A DNA stretch of 64,000 bases from contig NC_058373.1 of the NCBI RefSeq assembly GCF_018350175.1, positions 114,888,001-114,952,000 on the forward strand, written 5' to 3'. Source of the DNA: Felis catus (taxonomy: Eukaryota). A program made the translations under genes and the position numbers. Below, one piece after another: positions 50,119 through 63,907 of the stretch; the first letter of the stretch is position 1, and every line of letters begins with the position of its first letter. The notes under the pieces were generated by a model. It ran no database searches. It saw only the letters and a program-made list of their open reading frames with translations, and was not told the origin of the DNA.

Positions 50119-52190
50119 GTCCTGTATGCTTTTGATTCAACTGGTGACAAATGGGACCTTATTCAGGTCTTGTGAATCTAAATATTCGAATCGCAAAAGC
50201 TCCCTTTGAAAAGTGTCAGAGATCCATTATTTAGCTCACAGCTATTCATTTTGTGGGGGCTTCCTACTTCCCTCAAGATCTGAGGTTAAGACCATGTCTT
50301 TTACACCTAGCAAAATCTTTGTGGTTATGCTGTGTGACCTGGGTGAAGGATTTGAACAATCTGAACCTATTCTTTCACCATTAATAGAGGAACAATGATC
50401 TCCAACCTCAAAGGGCTGCCATGATGATTAAATAAGATCTATGTAAAAATGTTTCCTACGCCGTAAATGCTATGCCTAAGTGCTATTGCTAGGAGCTTTA
50501 CACTAACGCATAAATTAATGGCCTTTCTTCTAAATGTATCTGAACAAAGGTAGTATTTTCCCACCCCAAACAAGAGGAGTAAGATATGTATCTTGTCCAA
50601 ATAATGCCCAAGGCATTTAATAAGTTGCTATAAATATTTTAAACCAGAGAAGCACAAGTGAAGTCAAACAGTTAAAATCTTCCTTTTACACCCCTACAAC
50701 TTCTTTGATCGAATGCTGAGAGAAGTAGCATTGTCAAGAAATATTTTAGAAATGCTCAGCTATATAAAATAAGGTAGATTAGAGAATCGGGAACTTTGTA
50801 ATTGGTCCAGTGCAGGTTTCACTTTTAGGTAGCAGTATAAACGATCACTGTATGAACAGAAATTAAACCTGTTTTACTTGTGGTTGGGGAAAGGCCACAC
50901 AATCAATACTCCAACCCTTGAACAACAGGGGAACAGTGGCTGTAGCTTGGCCAAACCACTGAAGGTTTTACCGAAGACTTCACCTCAACAATGAAAGTCT
51001 CCCTCTGTTCCTTTTCTGTGTAATGCTGGACATAGTTAAATGTGTATTTCTCCACATTTATTCCAGTCCTACTCTTCTTTAAGCCTTATAAAGTATCATC
51101 CAAAATACTGATCTCTTCCTCTTTGCTCTCATTATCCAACATCTAGGACCCGGAGGTCTTCCACATTCCTTAGGAAAATCGTATTTTCCTCTTTAAGCCC
51201 AATACCAGAAACTGTATTGTCTTTGAGTAGCAAGGGGTCCCATTCCTCCCAAACGTGCTCTAGAGAATTTTTTCAAAAAAGGAAGCCAAGATCACACCTG
51301 TTACAAAAATAAAACTATACTAGCAGCAGGATAGGCCCAAATGAAAAATAGGACAATTGGACTCACTTTTGGATCTATTCCTTTTTCAGTGAGAACATTT
51401 TCATTTTAATATCTGGCTGATTCACAGTAAAACATTAACCATAGCTATACATAACTTGGTAAGGCACCCTAATTTTAATAATCCTTTGATACAGTGATGA
51501 TACTTCACTAATAGAATCATTATTCTACAGAAAAAGTGAGCACATATAACTACTAATTCAGAATCTGGTTCTGCATAAAGTAAGAAAAATATTTAAGGCT
51601 CTAATGTAGGAGTGGGGACATGGGGAAGGCCAGTCACAAAGCCTCCCAAAAGACTGCCAGTCTTAGAATGTGTCAAGATATTGGCTATCGGTGAAGTATG
51701 AAGATAGCAGAATCGGGGAATGTACACGGACTTGATGACTGGAGGTACAGAACAGCGTACGTTTGAGTCACAATGTGATCATAGTTCATTACAAACAGAA
51801 TTATCTTGGCCTTTACTGTGGTCTCTCCAAGATCCTCCCAGAGAGTACGTGACCAAAACTAAGGAATTAACCTGGCAGCTGCTTCAGACAAGCTATGTCA
51901 CCAGGAAATCTTTCATCATGTTTGCAGCAATGTCAAGTACAAACCTTGGAGTTGCAATTGAGGTTCACTTACAAGGATGGAAAAATGAGGTAAAAGCTTG
52001 TTAGGTTCATATAAACCACAGTGAAATGTATTCAACACACACATAAGCTTTCTTCAAATTCTCTGCGTGGCAGCCTACTGGCTTTGAGACCGATAATGCT
52101 TTGCAAGAAAATGCAATTGTTCAGAGACCCTCCACCCGCCGCCCCCGCCAAAAAAACAATCACTCAAGGGGAAAATATAGCTAAAGAACA

Positions 52191-52196
52191 TTTATT
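52191..52196 (-). terminator. ERH polyadenylation signal (AATAAA on - strand)
   Basis: tttatt on + strand ~390 nt after the ERH stop, followed on the - strand by T/GT-rich sequence. Confidence 0.75.
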
Positions 52197-52583
52197 CATT
52201 TTTCACTAAGACTTTATCTGTAGGACATTTAACTAAACTGTCACCACCCCCCCCACCCCAACCTGAAGAAGGGTTAGTATAGTGAATGTTATAAAGAAGA
52301 TATGAACAGTTTGAAGGATTGGAACCAACATTAACTGACAAACAACTTCCATCTAAATTATCATAAAAATGTTTAAGTAAAAAAAAAAAAAAAAGGGAGG
52401 GGGAAGGGGGCAATGGGGGTTTCAGATTGAACAAGATCCTCACATTTCATCTAATACATTCAATCCTGGCTAGAGTATACCAAAATGGAAACAGGGTTCC
52501 TATAATACAAAACTTCCACTACAGCACGCTGTACACACCTGTGTTCCAAGCCCACCCCTATCCCCCTACTGCTTCCAATTCAA

Positions 52584-52686
52584 CTATTTCCCGGCCTGCT
52601 GGGCCTGCCGACGAAGGAGCACATAGATCTTCTCTTTAATCCAGTCTTTGTTATATGGCTGGTATGTCTGGGTATCAGCTCGGTAA
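52584..52686 (-). CDS. ERH: ERH terminal coding exon 4
   Basis: Minus strand ttcctcag|T TAC CGA...; (V)[36 protein letters not shown]; phase matches exon 3. Exons 1-2 were not found and lie beyond the window end. Confidence 0.97.
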
Positions 52687-53594
52687 CTGAGGAACAGAAA
52701 AGTAATAAGCAAAGTTACAATGGTCAATTATCGTCGTGTTTTTAAAACCCCAAATTATAATTGCCCAATGATGGCACAGGTGTGCCATGTATATGTTTAA
52801 GCTCATGTATATGTTTATACATGAACTTAATGAAAACATAAAAGAGCTGCTTACATTATGCTGAATTTTAAGCGATAGGAACGTTAGACTACCTAGTGCA
52901 ATCTTCTAGCAGAAAAAAGAAACCAAGGTCTAGAAATCTTAAGTTAAATGCTTGATGTGTTACACATCTACTTCTTGACACAGTATGACCAGAAACTGTG
53001 TTCTTTCTCCTATAGAGTTACAAGGTTTATTGTTTCTTTAGTGATTAAATAAGACAAAAACCAAACACTGGTACAAACTTGAGATTTGCTATATACGTTA
53101 CAATTAACTAAAAAAATCTTTGAAAATCTTTGTAAAGGATTAAGAGAGGAAAATCTTTTAACCTATATTTCAGGATTTGCTTCTTAAAATAAATCACACT
53201 AGAGGCTGGTGGAGAATTATTAGAAGGTGAATGAGCTTCTTATCAGCCAGGAGTGCAAGGATCGGCATTAGCGAAGAAACTCCAGTGGGACGCCAGGGTT
53301 TCTGAGGCCAAGGTATTGCTTAATAGACAATCACTAGAGGTATCCTTAGAAGACTCCAATAGTACAAACATTCCAGGTGACCTACCACTGAAATATAGCT
53401 GGGTAAGCAATACAATCATTTTTGGGGCTAAAAAACTAAGGGCTGGGCATAAAAAAAGCAGACAAGAAGTAACCACAGATTGGACAAAAACAAAGCACTT
53501 CAGCATTTCAAAGCCATGTGCGTTACGTGGTAGAAACACTATAAGGGATTCCGGAGAGGCAGAGATGGAGTTTGCCTAAAAAACAACAAAAACC

Positions 53595-53595
53595 C

Positions 53596-53636
<41 letters not shown>

Positions 53637-53640
53637 AACA
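53595..53640. repeat. (CAA)n microsatellite
   Basis: Pure CAA run in ERH intron 3. Confidence 0.95.
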
Positions 53641-55237
53641 AACCTTAGGGATACTTTAGAAAAACAAACTAATTTACCAATTATTGTTTTATTTGAGCCA
53701 GAAGTTTCATTTTTTAACTTCTCAGCAAAAAAATTATATACAAATACAAGTGATAATAACGATTAAGAAGTTACCAATTGCTGGGTATTACTTTAAGTAC
53801 TTATTTGAATCAACTCACTCAATTTTAATTACAACCCTGTGAGTAGATACTATCACCTCCCCTCCTTTTTTTAATAAGGAAAAAGCAAAGAACGAGCAAC
53901 TTATTAGTTAAGTGACTTGGGCAAGTAGTAGAAGCTTAAAACACTCTTGGACAGGAGTCCTCCTCACTATGAAAACACTAAGTTAGAAACCTATGCTCCA
54001 ACTTTTAGCAAGAGAGACAAACTCCAAAGTCAGAATGTTTTATACCAGTATATTCTTCCCCTGGATAGTAAGGTCAGAATCTGGTTTATTAAAAATGCAT
54101 AAACCTTCTACCTTAATAAAACGTTTAAAAAAAAAAGGACATTTTTCATTTTTATTAATGTCCTTTTGTTACGAGAAATATTCAAAAAAAATTAAATAAT
54201 TTTCTTTGATTATTCTTTATTCATGCTTCCTAATTAAATAAGGGTTAATCTAGTCTAATTCGGGTATGGTACAACAGACTACAATATTTACATCAACACT
54301 GGGAAAGAACTAAAAAAGGAATCGAATTTTTCAGAACTATATCCAGGTGGGACTTATTTAAACCATCTCCCCCAGCAAGACGACTTTGGTTTGTGAACAT
54401 TTAGGAATCCATCAACTTGCACGCCATTTTTCAACTGAAGAAATAATAATGCCTTTTTTTATGGCAAGTTGTGAGTTGACAGCTGTTTACTGGCACTTGA
54501 AATCAGACAATTAGCTGTTAAATTCATTAATAAAATCCCTAGCTCTTGGTACAGATGAATCTTCTGTGTTATGTTCTATGAATGCAGGTTTATCCAAGAA
54601 CAGAAGCTGTGGGTCTGAGCAGTGAAATTAGCCAGCGTCCTCACTGATACCAGGTTGTCTCCTTAATTAGGAGTAGTACGTCTTCATTCCAACAACTGAG
54701 GATGAAAAGACGTCCCTTTGTCTTTAGGCAAACAAGGAGAGCCTGCATATTGAAAAGGCCATTATTTTAAACTTAAAAAGCTTATTTAAAAAATCCTAAC
54801 CACTCTCCGAACTGTGAAGAAATTTGTATTCTGATTTCAAATATATGAAGTACCAAGCCTCCAGGCCTAAATTTTACTATTAATGCAGTCAGTTTGTCCA
54901 GGGTTTAATTATGTCACAAACTTATTTATTGCTCATTTCCTCCTATATGGTTTAAACAAGAAAACTCAGAAAAAGTCCTATGTCGCTGCGATGTAAATTT
55001 GATAGAAGCAATAAGCTCGTAACAATTTACAAAAATGGACTCAATTCCTGGTCTGAGGAGTAACAGCCCAAGTCACAACCCTGATTAAGGAAAGGAGCAG
55101 GATGTGCTACCATCGGAAGCACCATGGCAATAGGTGACCTCTTTGGAAAAACACCTTATTTCTCCTGAATATTCAAATAACAAAGTCATATGGGGAAAAT
55201 GGTTTTAAAACCTAAAGTTGACTCTGAGAGTTTTCAG

Positions 55238-55441
55238 AGGGGCGCCTGGGTGGTTCAGCCTGTTAAGCATGCGACTTCGGCTCAGGTCATGAGCTCGAGA
55301 GCCCAAGTCGGGCTCTGTGGTGACAGGTTAGAGCCTGGAGCCTGCTTCAGATTCTGTATCTCCCTCTCTCTGCCCCTCCCCTGCTCACACTCTGTCTCTT
55401 TGTCTCTCAAAAATAAATACACATTAAACGAAATTTTTTTT
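55238..55441 (+). mobile_element. Can-SINE
   Basis: TSD agttttcagag. Confidence 0.92.
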
Positions 55442-58400
55442 GTAAGTTTTCAGAGACCAAAAAAGTTTCATTAGAGATCGAATCCTAAATAGCTACAGTT
55501 TACAGTCAAAAAACCCAACATAACACCTCTTTAAGTTAACAGTATAGTTTAACTCCCATGTGGAATTTGAAGCTCATATCATTTTACTCTTAGCTAATTT
55601 TACAGAATTCACCTACTCATTGTAACATAAAATAAAACCCTGCCCTGACTTGGTCAAGCTAGTTAAAAATGGAGTTTCTGCTATATACTCAATACCACCG
55701 TGCTAAGCAAGTATTAGATCCCCTCAAGTAGTCTTGTGGGTAGATTTCTCTAAATTTTACAAACAAGCAAACTGAGGGTTAGCAATATTAAGCTCATCTG
55801 CCGGGGGGGCGGGGTGTGGCTAGCTAATGACAGAGCCAGGGTTCAAACTCAGCTGTGTCTAGTTCTAAAACTCCAGCTAGCTCTTAACCCACAATCTCCT
55901 GAGGGGAGTAAAACATGATCCTTGGCTTTAAGTAACTCCCCATCTGCTGAGAATGTGTTCCACATCCCAAAGCATCAGCATTAGGTACCTGATGTCTCAA
56001 CAAGTAGTTGTTATAAAATAAGACAGCTATTCATTTTTAAAATAAAATCAGTAGTTCATTTGAAGAACAAGGTGAGGGCACGCATGTGAACTCTATTAAA
56101 ATCTTTAAGTTCCAACTGAAACATCTAGTGTTCAAGCTCAAGTGTGAAAATGTCCCAAAACAAACACACCTAGAACAAAATTGTATTAAAGACACCATAT
56201 TTTCATCAGATAAAAACCTTACGATTTCTCAAAACGTAAGACAACTTCAGCATGAGAGAAGTCACATTAGATTCTTTCACTTTTATTGAGACCATCCTAT
56301 CAATTCCAAAGATAGCTCTGTAAATGGGAAGCTCTGTAAATGTAAATGGGAAAAAAGGAAGATTACCAATAATTAAAAAAAGCTACACCTCAAATCATTT
56401 TATAAGGGTGACGTGCATTTGTACAACCGATATTTACTCAGTACCAACTATGTGCCAAATACTATTCAAGGCACTGGGGCTACAGCAGTGAACAAAAACA
56501 AACCTCCCTGCTCTCAAAGTCTACAAAGTAAATGTATACATTATTGGTGATTTCATCCAGTAGATGATTCTGCCAACATCGGGGTCTCTTAGTTCCTTGA
56601 ACTCCTCTCTTCCCGGAGCTCATCTCCCACCCTCCCTTGGCCAGATAGCTTTCCAGCACCTTTAGTCTCCCAAATTCAAGCATCTCATTCTTGCACTACT
56701 TCCCAATACCCCAACTTCAACAACTCCATGACCCCACTGGGACCTATAACAGATCCTACCTCTGTCTCCACCCCACCCCAACCCCCACTTATGTTTCACA
56801 GTCATTCAGTCTCTTGCATGATACTTCCTTACATACACCCTAAACTTCTAGCAAAATCTTTGCTGATTCTCTACCTGTAGAGCCTCCCCTGTAATCCACC
56901 CAGGCTAAGAGTAACTAGGAAAAAACCCAACACCATAATGACTAATAATTCCACCTTAAATTCATTATCAGGTACCTCAGAAATCACAACTTGCCCTAAT
57001 CCCTTCACCCTCCTAGATTATTTTGCACCTCTTTTCACAAACCTCCAACATCTTCCCCCTCTTCCTTAATTTCAAATGATTCCTTCCTGTTTTCCTGAGA
57101 TAACTAAAACAACCATAGTAATTTCCCCAAGCTTTCCACATCTGCCTGCCCTCCCTACTCTATTTAGTGGAATGTCTGATATCCTATCTAAAGCCATCAA
57201 TTTGTCCCCCTCTACTAGATCATCCCAACAGCCTGCAAACTTACCATTATTTCTCCCCCCTTTAAAAAAACAAAATTAAAAAAAAACAAAAAAACTTCTT
57301 CTTCCAGCTATAATCCCATTTCTCTGCTTTCCTATCAAGCTAAATTCTTCAAAAAAGTTATTTGTGTTGGCTGCCTTTTATGCTTCCCATTACCTTCAAC
57401 TCCCTGAAACCTGTGAAGATTTCACTCCTGTCTCTCTTCCAGAACTGCTTTGGACATCATCAAAGACTCCCACTGCTGAACCAGGGGTCAATTCTCAGTC
57501 CTCATAAATTTGGCCTATTAGTAATATGAAATACTTTCAAGTTGGCTCCTAGGACATCACCACCCTCCTGCCCCTGCAATTTCATGTCCTGTGCTCTCCG
57601 CCTCACTCCTCTGTAGCTTCACAGGCATCCTTTCCATCTCTATTTACTGCTCAATTCCCAATGCCTAGAACAAGCACGGTATACAGTCAGCACTCAACCA
57701 ACGTTTGTTAAATGATTATGTGTTGCTTTTTCTGTATGTCCTACTATAAGCAAATTAACTATAGATAATACAAGCCAACAGAGACGAATACCTACAGCCC
57801 TTTTGGCCTCTTATATGAGCTTTTTATATTGAAATAGTTACAATAAAACTTTCTTATTAATACATTTCACTAAAGACCAGACCTGAATCACTGGACTGTT
57901 TTCAGGAAGCAAAATAAAACTCAAATGTTCCAAGGAAATGCGAATTTTCCACAGGAATCTTTGGTGAGACAGCAAGTCCTGGCCTGGCCCCAGTGGTAAT
58001 CCAGGAATCCCAGGAAGTCCCTGTGAATAAGACCTATATATTTTTCAAGAGCGTATTTACTTCTAGCACAGTATCTGGCATGTAATAAATATTCAAGCAC
58101 CTGATGACTGAAGATTATCTTATTATAAGGTACTCTCATTTTCCTTTGTCATGAAAACAGCATCATCTTAGCCAAAGCCAACTGCTTTAGGACAAAGACT
58201 TTAAGGGAAAAAACAAACAAACAAACAAACAAACAAACTAAAAAAAGACTATTTGGTTCAAGAAACAAAGAAGCACTTTGAAGGACTTTGAACTTCTTCT
58301 TTAGCATTCTCTCTGCATATTGATGGCCACCAATTAGCAAAGCTATTAACTTTTCCAGTGCCATTAGCTCTATGTTACCAACTTTACTTACAAGCCTTAT

Positions 58401-58538
58401 GTAGATGAAATATTACTACACGGTAGTCAAAATGCAAAGATCAGTGTCAGGCACACAGTGAGCTCCCAATACCAAAATCAAACAAATGGATAAACAACAG
58501 AAAGATACAACTTAAGAGATACGGTGGCCGATACTTAC

Positions 58539-58659
58539 ACAAGACAGCTGAGGTCTGCCAGATCATCGATAAAATCAAACAACTGACTGATATCATATGT
58601 GATAGAGGGGCTGTTGGGATTCATTCTCTTCAGATGTTCTTCATACATTTTACAAACGC
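58539..58659 (-). CDS. ERH: ERH coding exon 3 (enhancer of rudimentary homolog)
   Basis: Minus strand ctcttag|GC...GT|gtaagt; (G)[39 protein letters not shown](V), matches ERH as recalled; 121 nt. Confidence 0.97.
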
Positions 58660-59044
58660 CTAAGAGAGAGGAAAACCAAGATCTTACAGTTGTATAAACT
58701 TTAGGTATGAGTAGCAAATATATAGCAATACCGTAATATTTTATTTTTATAAAGTTGGGCTGGGAAAAGGACAGTAAGTTGACCACTTTTAATTTTTGTC
58801 ACTAGTGGATTTCTTTAAATTTCATACATTTGCCAGAATGTTAAGTATATTATGCCTTAACAATAAAATGATTACTTCAAGCCACTAGATCTAAAAGAAC
58901 TTTAAAGACCTGTCACAGAAAAGTTCAAACAAGTGATGACACTGTGGGTCTGCTTTCAAATTCTGATACAATGCAAGAACAAAAACAAAACTGGCACCAA
59001 GGAAGAGATTATTGTAAGAGCACCTTTAAAAAAAAAATTTTCTC

Positions 59045-59268
59045 GGGCGCCTGGGTGGCTCAGTCGGTTAAGCATCCGACTTCGGCTCAGGTCATAATCT
59101 CACGGTCAGTGAGTTCGAGCCCCGCGTCGGGCTCTGTGCTGACAGCTCAGAGCCTGGAGCCTGCTTCAGATTCTGTGTCTCCCTCTCTCTCTGACCCTCC
59201 CCCATTCATGCTCTGTCTCTCTCTGTCTCAAAACTAAATAATCATTAAAAAAAATAAAATAAAAAAAA
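59045..59268 (+). mobile_element. Can-SINE
   Basis: Near-consensus element with A tail abutting the next SINE. Confidence 0.94.
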
Positions 59269-59286
59269 TTTTTTTTAATGTCCATT

Positions 59287-59322
<36 letters not shown>

Positions 59323-59479
59323 CAGGGAGGGACAAAGAGAGGGAGACACAGAATCGGAAGTAGGCTGTAGGCTCCGAACTGTCAGGACAGAGCCCGATGC
59401 GGGGCTCGAACCCACAGACCGCGAGATCATGACCTGAGCCGAAGTCAGACACTAACCAACGGAGCCACCCGGGCGCCCC
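59269..59479 (-). mobile_element. Can-SINE
   Basis: Reverse element ending ccacccgggcgcccc. Confidence 0.94.
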
Positions 59480-59649
59480 TTTCTATATGTATTTTAAAGT
59501 GCATATATGGTATCTATTAAAAAGCTAAATTATATCTGAATTAGGGCTTTTGATTGGTTCTGGCACACACGCTGTGATCAAAGAATATCACTCACGAGTT
59601 ACTGAACAGAAAGATGAAAGTGCAAAGGAAATAACCAGGGAAAGAAATT

Positions 59650-62480
59650 CACCATTTATCTTAAAAAGGCACTGACCCACTTCCACCATCATACTTAATG
59701 GTGAAAGACTGGATGCTTTCCCACTCAGATTAGGAACACTAGAGTACCTACTCTTGTCATTTGTATTCAACATCGTATTGGAGATTCTAGCCAAAGTGAT
59801 CTGACAAGAAACAGAAATAGCAGGAACTCAGACTGGAAAAAAAAAAGTGCAACTGTGTCTCTTCACAGATGACATGATCTTATATACAGAATATCCTAAG
59901 GAAACCACACACACACACACACACAAAACCATTAGAACTAATAATAAATGAGTGCAGCAAAATTGCAAGATAGAAGATTAATATATAAAATTCAACTGTA
60001 TCTCTATATCCTAACAAATGAGCTGAAAATGAAATTAAGAAAACAGCTCCACGAACTTACGAAAACAGCATCAAAAAGTAAAATTCTTAGGAATAAATGT
60101 AATTAAAAAAGCATACGACATACACTGAAAACTACAAAATGTCACTGAAAGTAAAGACTTAAATAAATGGAAGATCTCGTGTTCATGGATCAGGAGACTT
60201 AACGTTAAGATGGTAATGCTTCCCACAATAATCTATAAATTCAGTGCAATCCCTATCAAAATCCAACCTATTGTTGCAGAAATTGGCAAGCTGATCCTAA
60301 CGTTTGATACAGAAATGCAAGAGACCCAGAATAACCCAAAGAATCATGAAAAATAACAAAGTTGGAAGACTCACATTTACCAATTCCAAAACTCACTATG
60401 AAACTATAGTAACAAAGACAGTGTGGTATTGCTTATGTATAGGCATACAGATCAATGGAATAGAAAAGAGGGTCCACAAAGACAACTTGATGAAGAAAGA
60501 ATAGTCTTTTCAACAAATGGTGCTAGCACAACTGGATAGTCACATGCAAAAGAATAAAGTGGGGCTTAGACTTCACACCCTATACAAATATTCAAAATGG
60601 CCCAGAGACCTAAATGTAAGAGCCCAAACTATAACACGCTTGGAAGAAATTATAGGCACAAACCTTCATGACTTTGAATAAAGCGATCAGTTCTCAGATA
60701 CGACAAGACCAAGAACAACAGAAGAAAAACATATATAAATTAGAGTTTATCAAAATTTAAATCTTTTGTGCTTCAAAGGGCACTATCAAGAAAGTGAAAA
60801 GACAAGCCACAGACAGGGAGAAAATCTTTGCAAAACACAGATCTGATAAAATACCGTCATCCAAAAAATACGCAAAGAAATCAATAATAAAACTCAACAA
60901 TAAAACAAAAAACACACCCAAACACCTCAATTAAAACGTGGGCAAAAGATCTGAACAGATACCTTACCAAGGAAGATATACAAATGGCAAATAAGCATTA
61001 TCAAGATACTCAACATCATGTCATTAGAAAACTACAAATTAAAACAAGACGTGTCGGCATATACCTATGAGAATGACAAAAATCCAAAACACTGACAACA
61101 CCAAATGCTGTGAAGGACGTGGAACAGGAATCCTCATTCATTGCTGGTGAGAATGTGAAATGGTAAAGCCACATCTGAAGACCGTTTGTCAGCTTCTCAC
61201 AAAGCGAAACACAGTCTTACCATATGATCCAATAATCACATTCCTCACTGTTTACCCAAAGGGCTTGAAAACTCGAGTCCACACAGAAACCTGCACGAGT
61301 GTTTGCAGCAGCTTTATCATAACTGCCAATACCTGGAAGCAATTAGATGCCCTTCCCTAGCCAAATGGATAACCAAACTGTGGTATATCCAAACAATGGA
61401 TTATTCAGCAATAAAAAGAAATGAGCTATCAGGCCATGAAAAGACATGGAAGAACCTTAAAAGCACATTGTTTTTTGAAAGAGCCAGTCTGAAAAAGCTA
61501 TATACTGTTTAATTCCAACTAGATGACATCTTGGAAAAGGTGAAACTACAGAGACATTAAAAAGATGAGTGGTTGCCAGAGGTTTTGGGGGGAGAAAAAG
61601 ATAAAGCACCAGAGATTTTTAGGACAGTAAATGGTAGATACATGTCATTGTACGTAAGCCAAAACCCCAAAAAATGTCCAAAGCAAAGACTCAACACGAA
61701 TGGAAAATATGGCCTTTATTCAATAATAATAATGTATCAGCATTGGTTCTACAATTTTAACAAACGTATCACATTAATACAGGATATGTAAGTAACAGGA
61801 AACAGGGAGGAGGGGGTAAGGGAAGAAAGGGTGTGCTAGAATTCCTGTACTTTCAAGTCCGTTTGCCTGTAAACCTACAACTACTCTTTAAAAATTAAAT
61901 CTATTAATTTAAAAAGAAATGGAAGAACCTTAAATGCATACTAAGTGAAACAAACCAGTCTGAAAGGGCTATGTACGGTAATGATTCCCACTCTATGACA
62001 TTCTGGAAAAGACAAAACTATGGATGCAGCAGGAAGACCAACAGCTGCCAGAGTGCAAAGGGTGAAGTGGGGAGAGATGAACAGGTGGAGCACAGGGGTT
62101 TTGGGGTTAAGCGAAAACGATTCTGTATGATACTGTAACGATGGGTACATGATGCTATGCATTTAGTAAAAGCCACAGAACTGTACGACATCAAGAACAA
62201 ACCTAATATAAGCTTCAGTTAATAATTTTAATAATGGACTTTAGTTCATAGCCAACTTTAATTAGTAACAATAACGTACCAGTGTATCAATAACGGGTTC
62301 ACCAACCTTACCAAACGTACAACTCCAAATGCAAGGTGTTATTAATGGGGGAAACTGTGGAGGTGAGGGGTACATAGGAACACAGGAGTACATGGAACTC
62401 CTATAGGAGTACATAGGAACTCTGTATTTTCCACTGAATTTTTCTGTGAACCTTAAAGTGCTCCTAAAAATAAAGTGTAT
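59650..62480 (+). mobile_element. Old L1 (L1MC-like) ORF2 3' part plus two tandem 3' UTR ends
   Basis: cttcacagatgacatgatct (FADD-motif region), aatccctatcaaaat, ttcaacaaatggtgct; 3' UTR motif ggaagaaccttaaa occurs at ~61448 and ~61921; many stops. Confidence 0.9.
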
Positions 62481-62481
62481 T

Positions 62482-62700
62482 GGGGCGACTGAGTGGCTCA
62501 GTTGGTTAAGTGTCCGACTTCAGCTCAGGTTATAATCTTCTGGTTCATGAGTTCTAGCCCCGTGTTGGGCTCTGTGCTGACAGCTCGGAACCTGGAGCCT
62601 GCTTCAGATTCTGTGTCTCCCTCTCTCTCTGCCCTTCCCCTGCTTGCACTCTGTCTCTGTCTCTCTCAAAAATAAACATTAAAAAATACATTAAAAAAAT
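62482..62700 (+). mobile_element. Can-SINE
   Basis: Full element at the L1 tail. Confidence 0.92.
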
Positions 62701-62707
62701 TAAATTA

Positions 62708-62927
62708 GGGGCGCCTGGGTGGCGCAGTCGGTTGAGCGTCCGACTTCAGCCAGGTCACGATCTCGCAGTCCGTGAGTTTGAGCCCCACGTCAGGGTCTGG
62801 GCTGATGGCTCAGAGACTGGAGCCTATTTCCGATTCTGTGTCTCCCTCTCTCTCTGCCCCGCCCCTGTTCATGCTCTGTCTCTCTCTCTCCCAAAAATAA
62901 ATTAAAACGTTGAGAAAAAAAAAAATA
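62708..62927 (+). mobile_element. Can-SINE inserted in the tail of the preceding SINE
   Basis: Head-to-tail tandem; gcgcagtcgg/ctgggctgatgg younger-subfamily variants. Confidence 0.92.
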
Positions 62928-63633
62928 AATGGACAGATTTTAAGTCTAATCCAGTTAGCTCTGGATAATCAACAAATTTGGGGACATGCCCAGCAGCAAA
63001 AACAGTGACTATAAAATTTTTACAGGAAGAAGTGAAGAATGGACAATTTGCAAAAGGGCTCGGAATGTCCACACCTGGCTTACTTGATGTAATGATTAAA
63101 TGTAAGGATGAATCCAATTTGTGACGATCCGATCTCTGGGCTCTCACCTAACGGTTTATGGAGTAAAGACACACTCACTATTCCCTTCAGGGTGGTGCCA
63201 ATTTATCAAATGCACAATAAATTATACTTATTTGGTTCCATTTGCCTTTATTCTCTGAGATAATTTTTATTTTCTAACACACTGATGGACTGTAACCAAA
63301 CCTCAACAGCTTTTAATGTTTATCTGTTCAATGAGCAGACTGATAGTTTCTGAAGGCATCCCCAGAGCCTGCCTTACCGCTATAGTGCTGGAGTTTAACC
63401 AGAATACTTAAAGAATACCTGTAAGATATTTACCTAACATAACAAAGAACATCAACATAAAAATGGGAGGCTTCAGAAAGTCATTCATTGTAATGATGAG
63501 CTGGATAAAAAAAGGTAAAATAATATTTGCAGCAGAAAGACAATACGTATAATCAGTGTTTCAACTTTCAACAAATATGGTCCTTAATATCTTCCTTCCC
63601 CGTTCAAATTAGTAACTCAAGAAATGTGGAGGA

Positions 63634-63874
63634 GGGGCGCCTGGGTGGCGCAGTCGGTTAAGCGTTCGACTTCAGCCAGGTCACGATCTCACGGTCCGTG
63701 AGTTCGAGCCCCGCGTCGGGCTCTGGGCTGATGGCTCAGAGCCTGGAGCCTGTTTCCGATTCTGTGTCTCCCTCTCTCTCTGCCCCTCCCCCGTTCATGC
63801 TCTGTGTCTCTCTGTCCCAAAAATAAATAAACATTGAAAAAAAAAAATTTAATAAAAAAAAAAAAAAAAAGAAG

Positions 63875-63902
<28 letters not shown>
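63634..63902 (+). mobile_element. Very young Can-SINE with double poly(A) tail
   Basis: Perfect 15-bp TSD aagaaatgtggagga (63619-63633, 63903-63917); CpGs intact. Confidence 0.96.

Positions 63903-63907
<5 letters not shown>

Noticed and set aside
53572..53766. Poly-asparagine ORF
   Set aside because: Translation of a (CAA)n microsatellite in ERH intron 3.
52584..58659. ERH as a processed pseudogene
   Set aside because: Two exons separated by a 5.85-kb GT-AG intron with matching phase and no lesions; this is the parent gene.
59650..61512. Active L1 reverse transcriptase
   Set aside because: Only short ORF2 fragments with many stops and frameshifts; 5' part absent.
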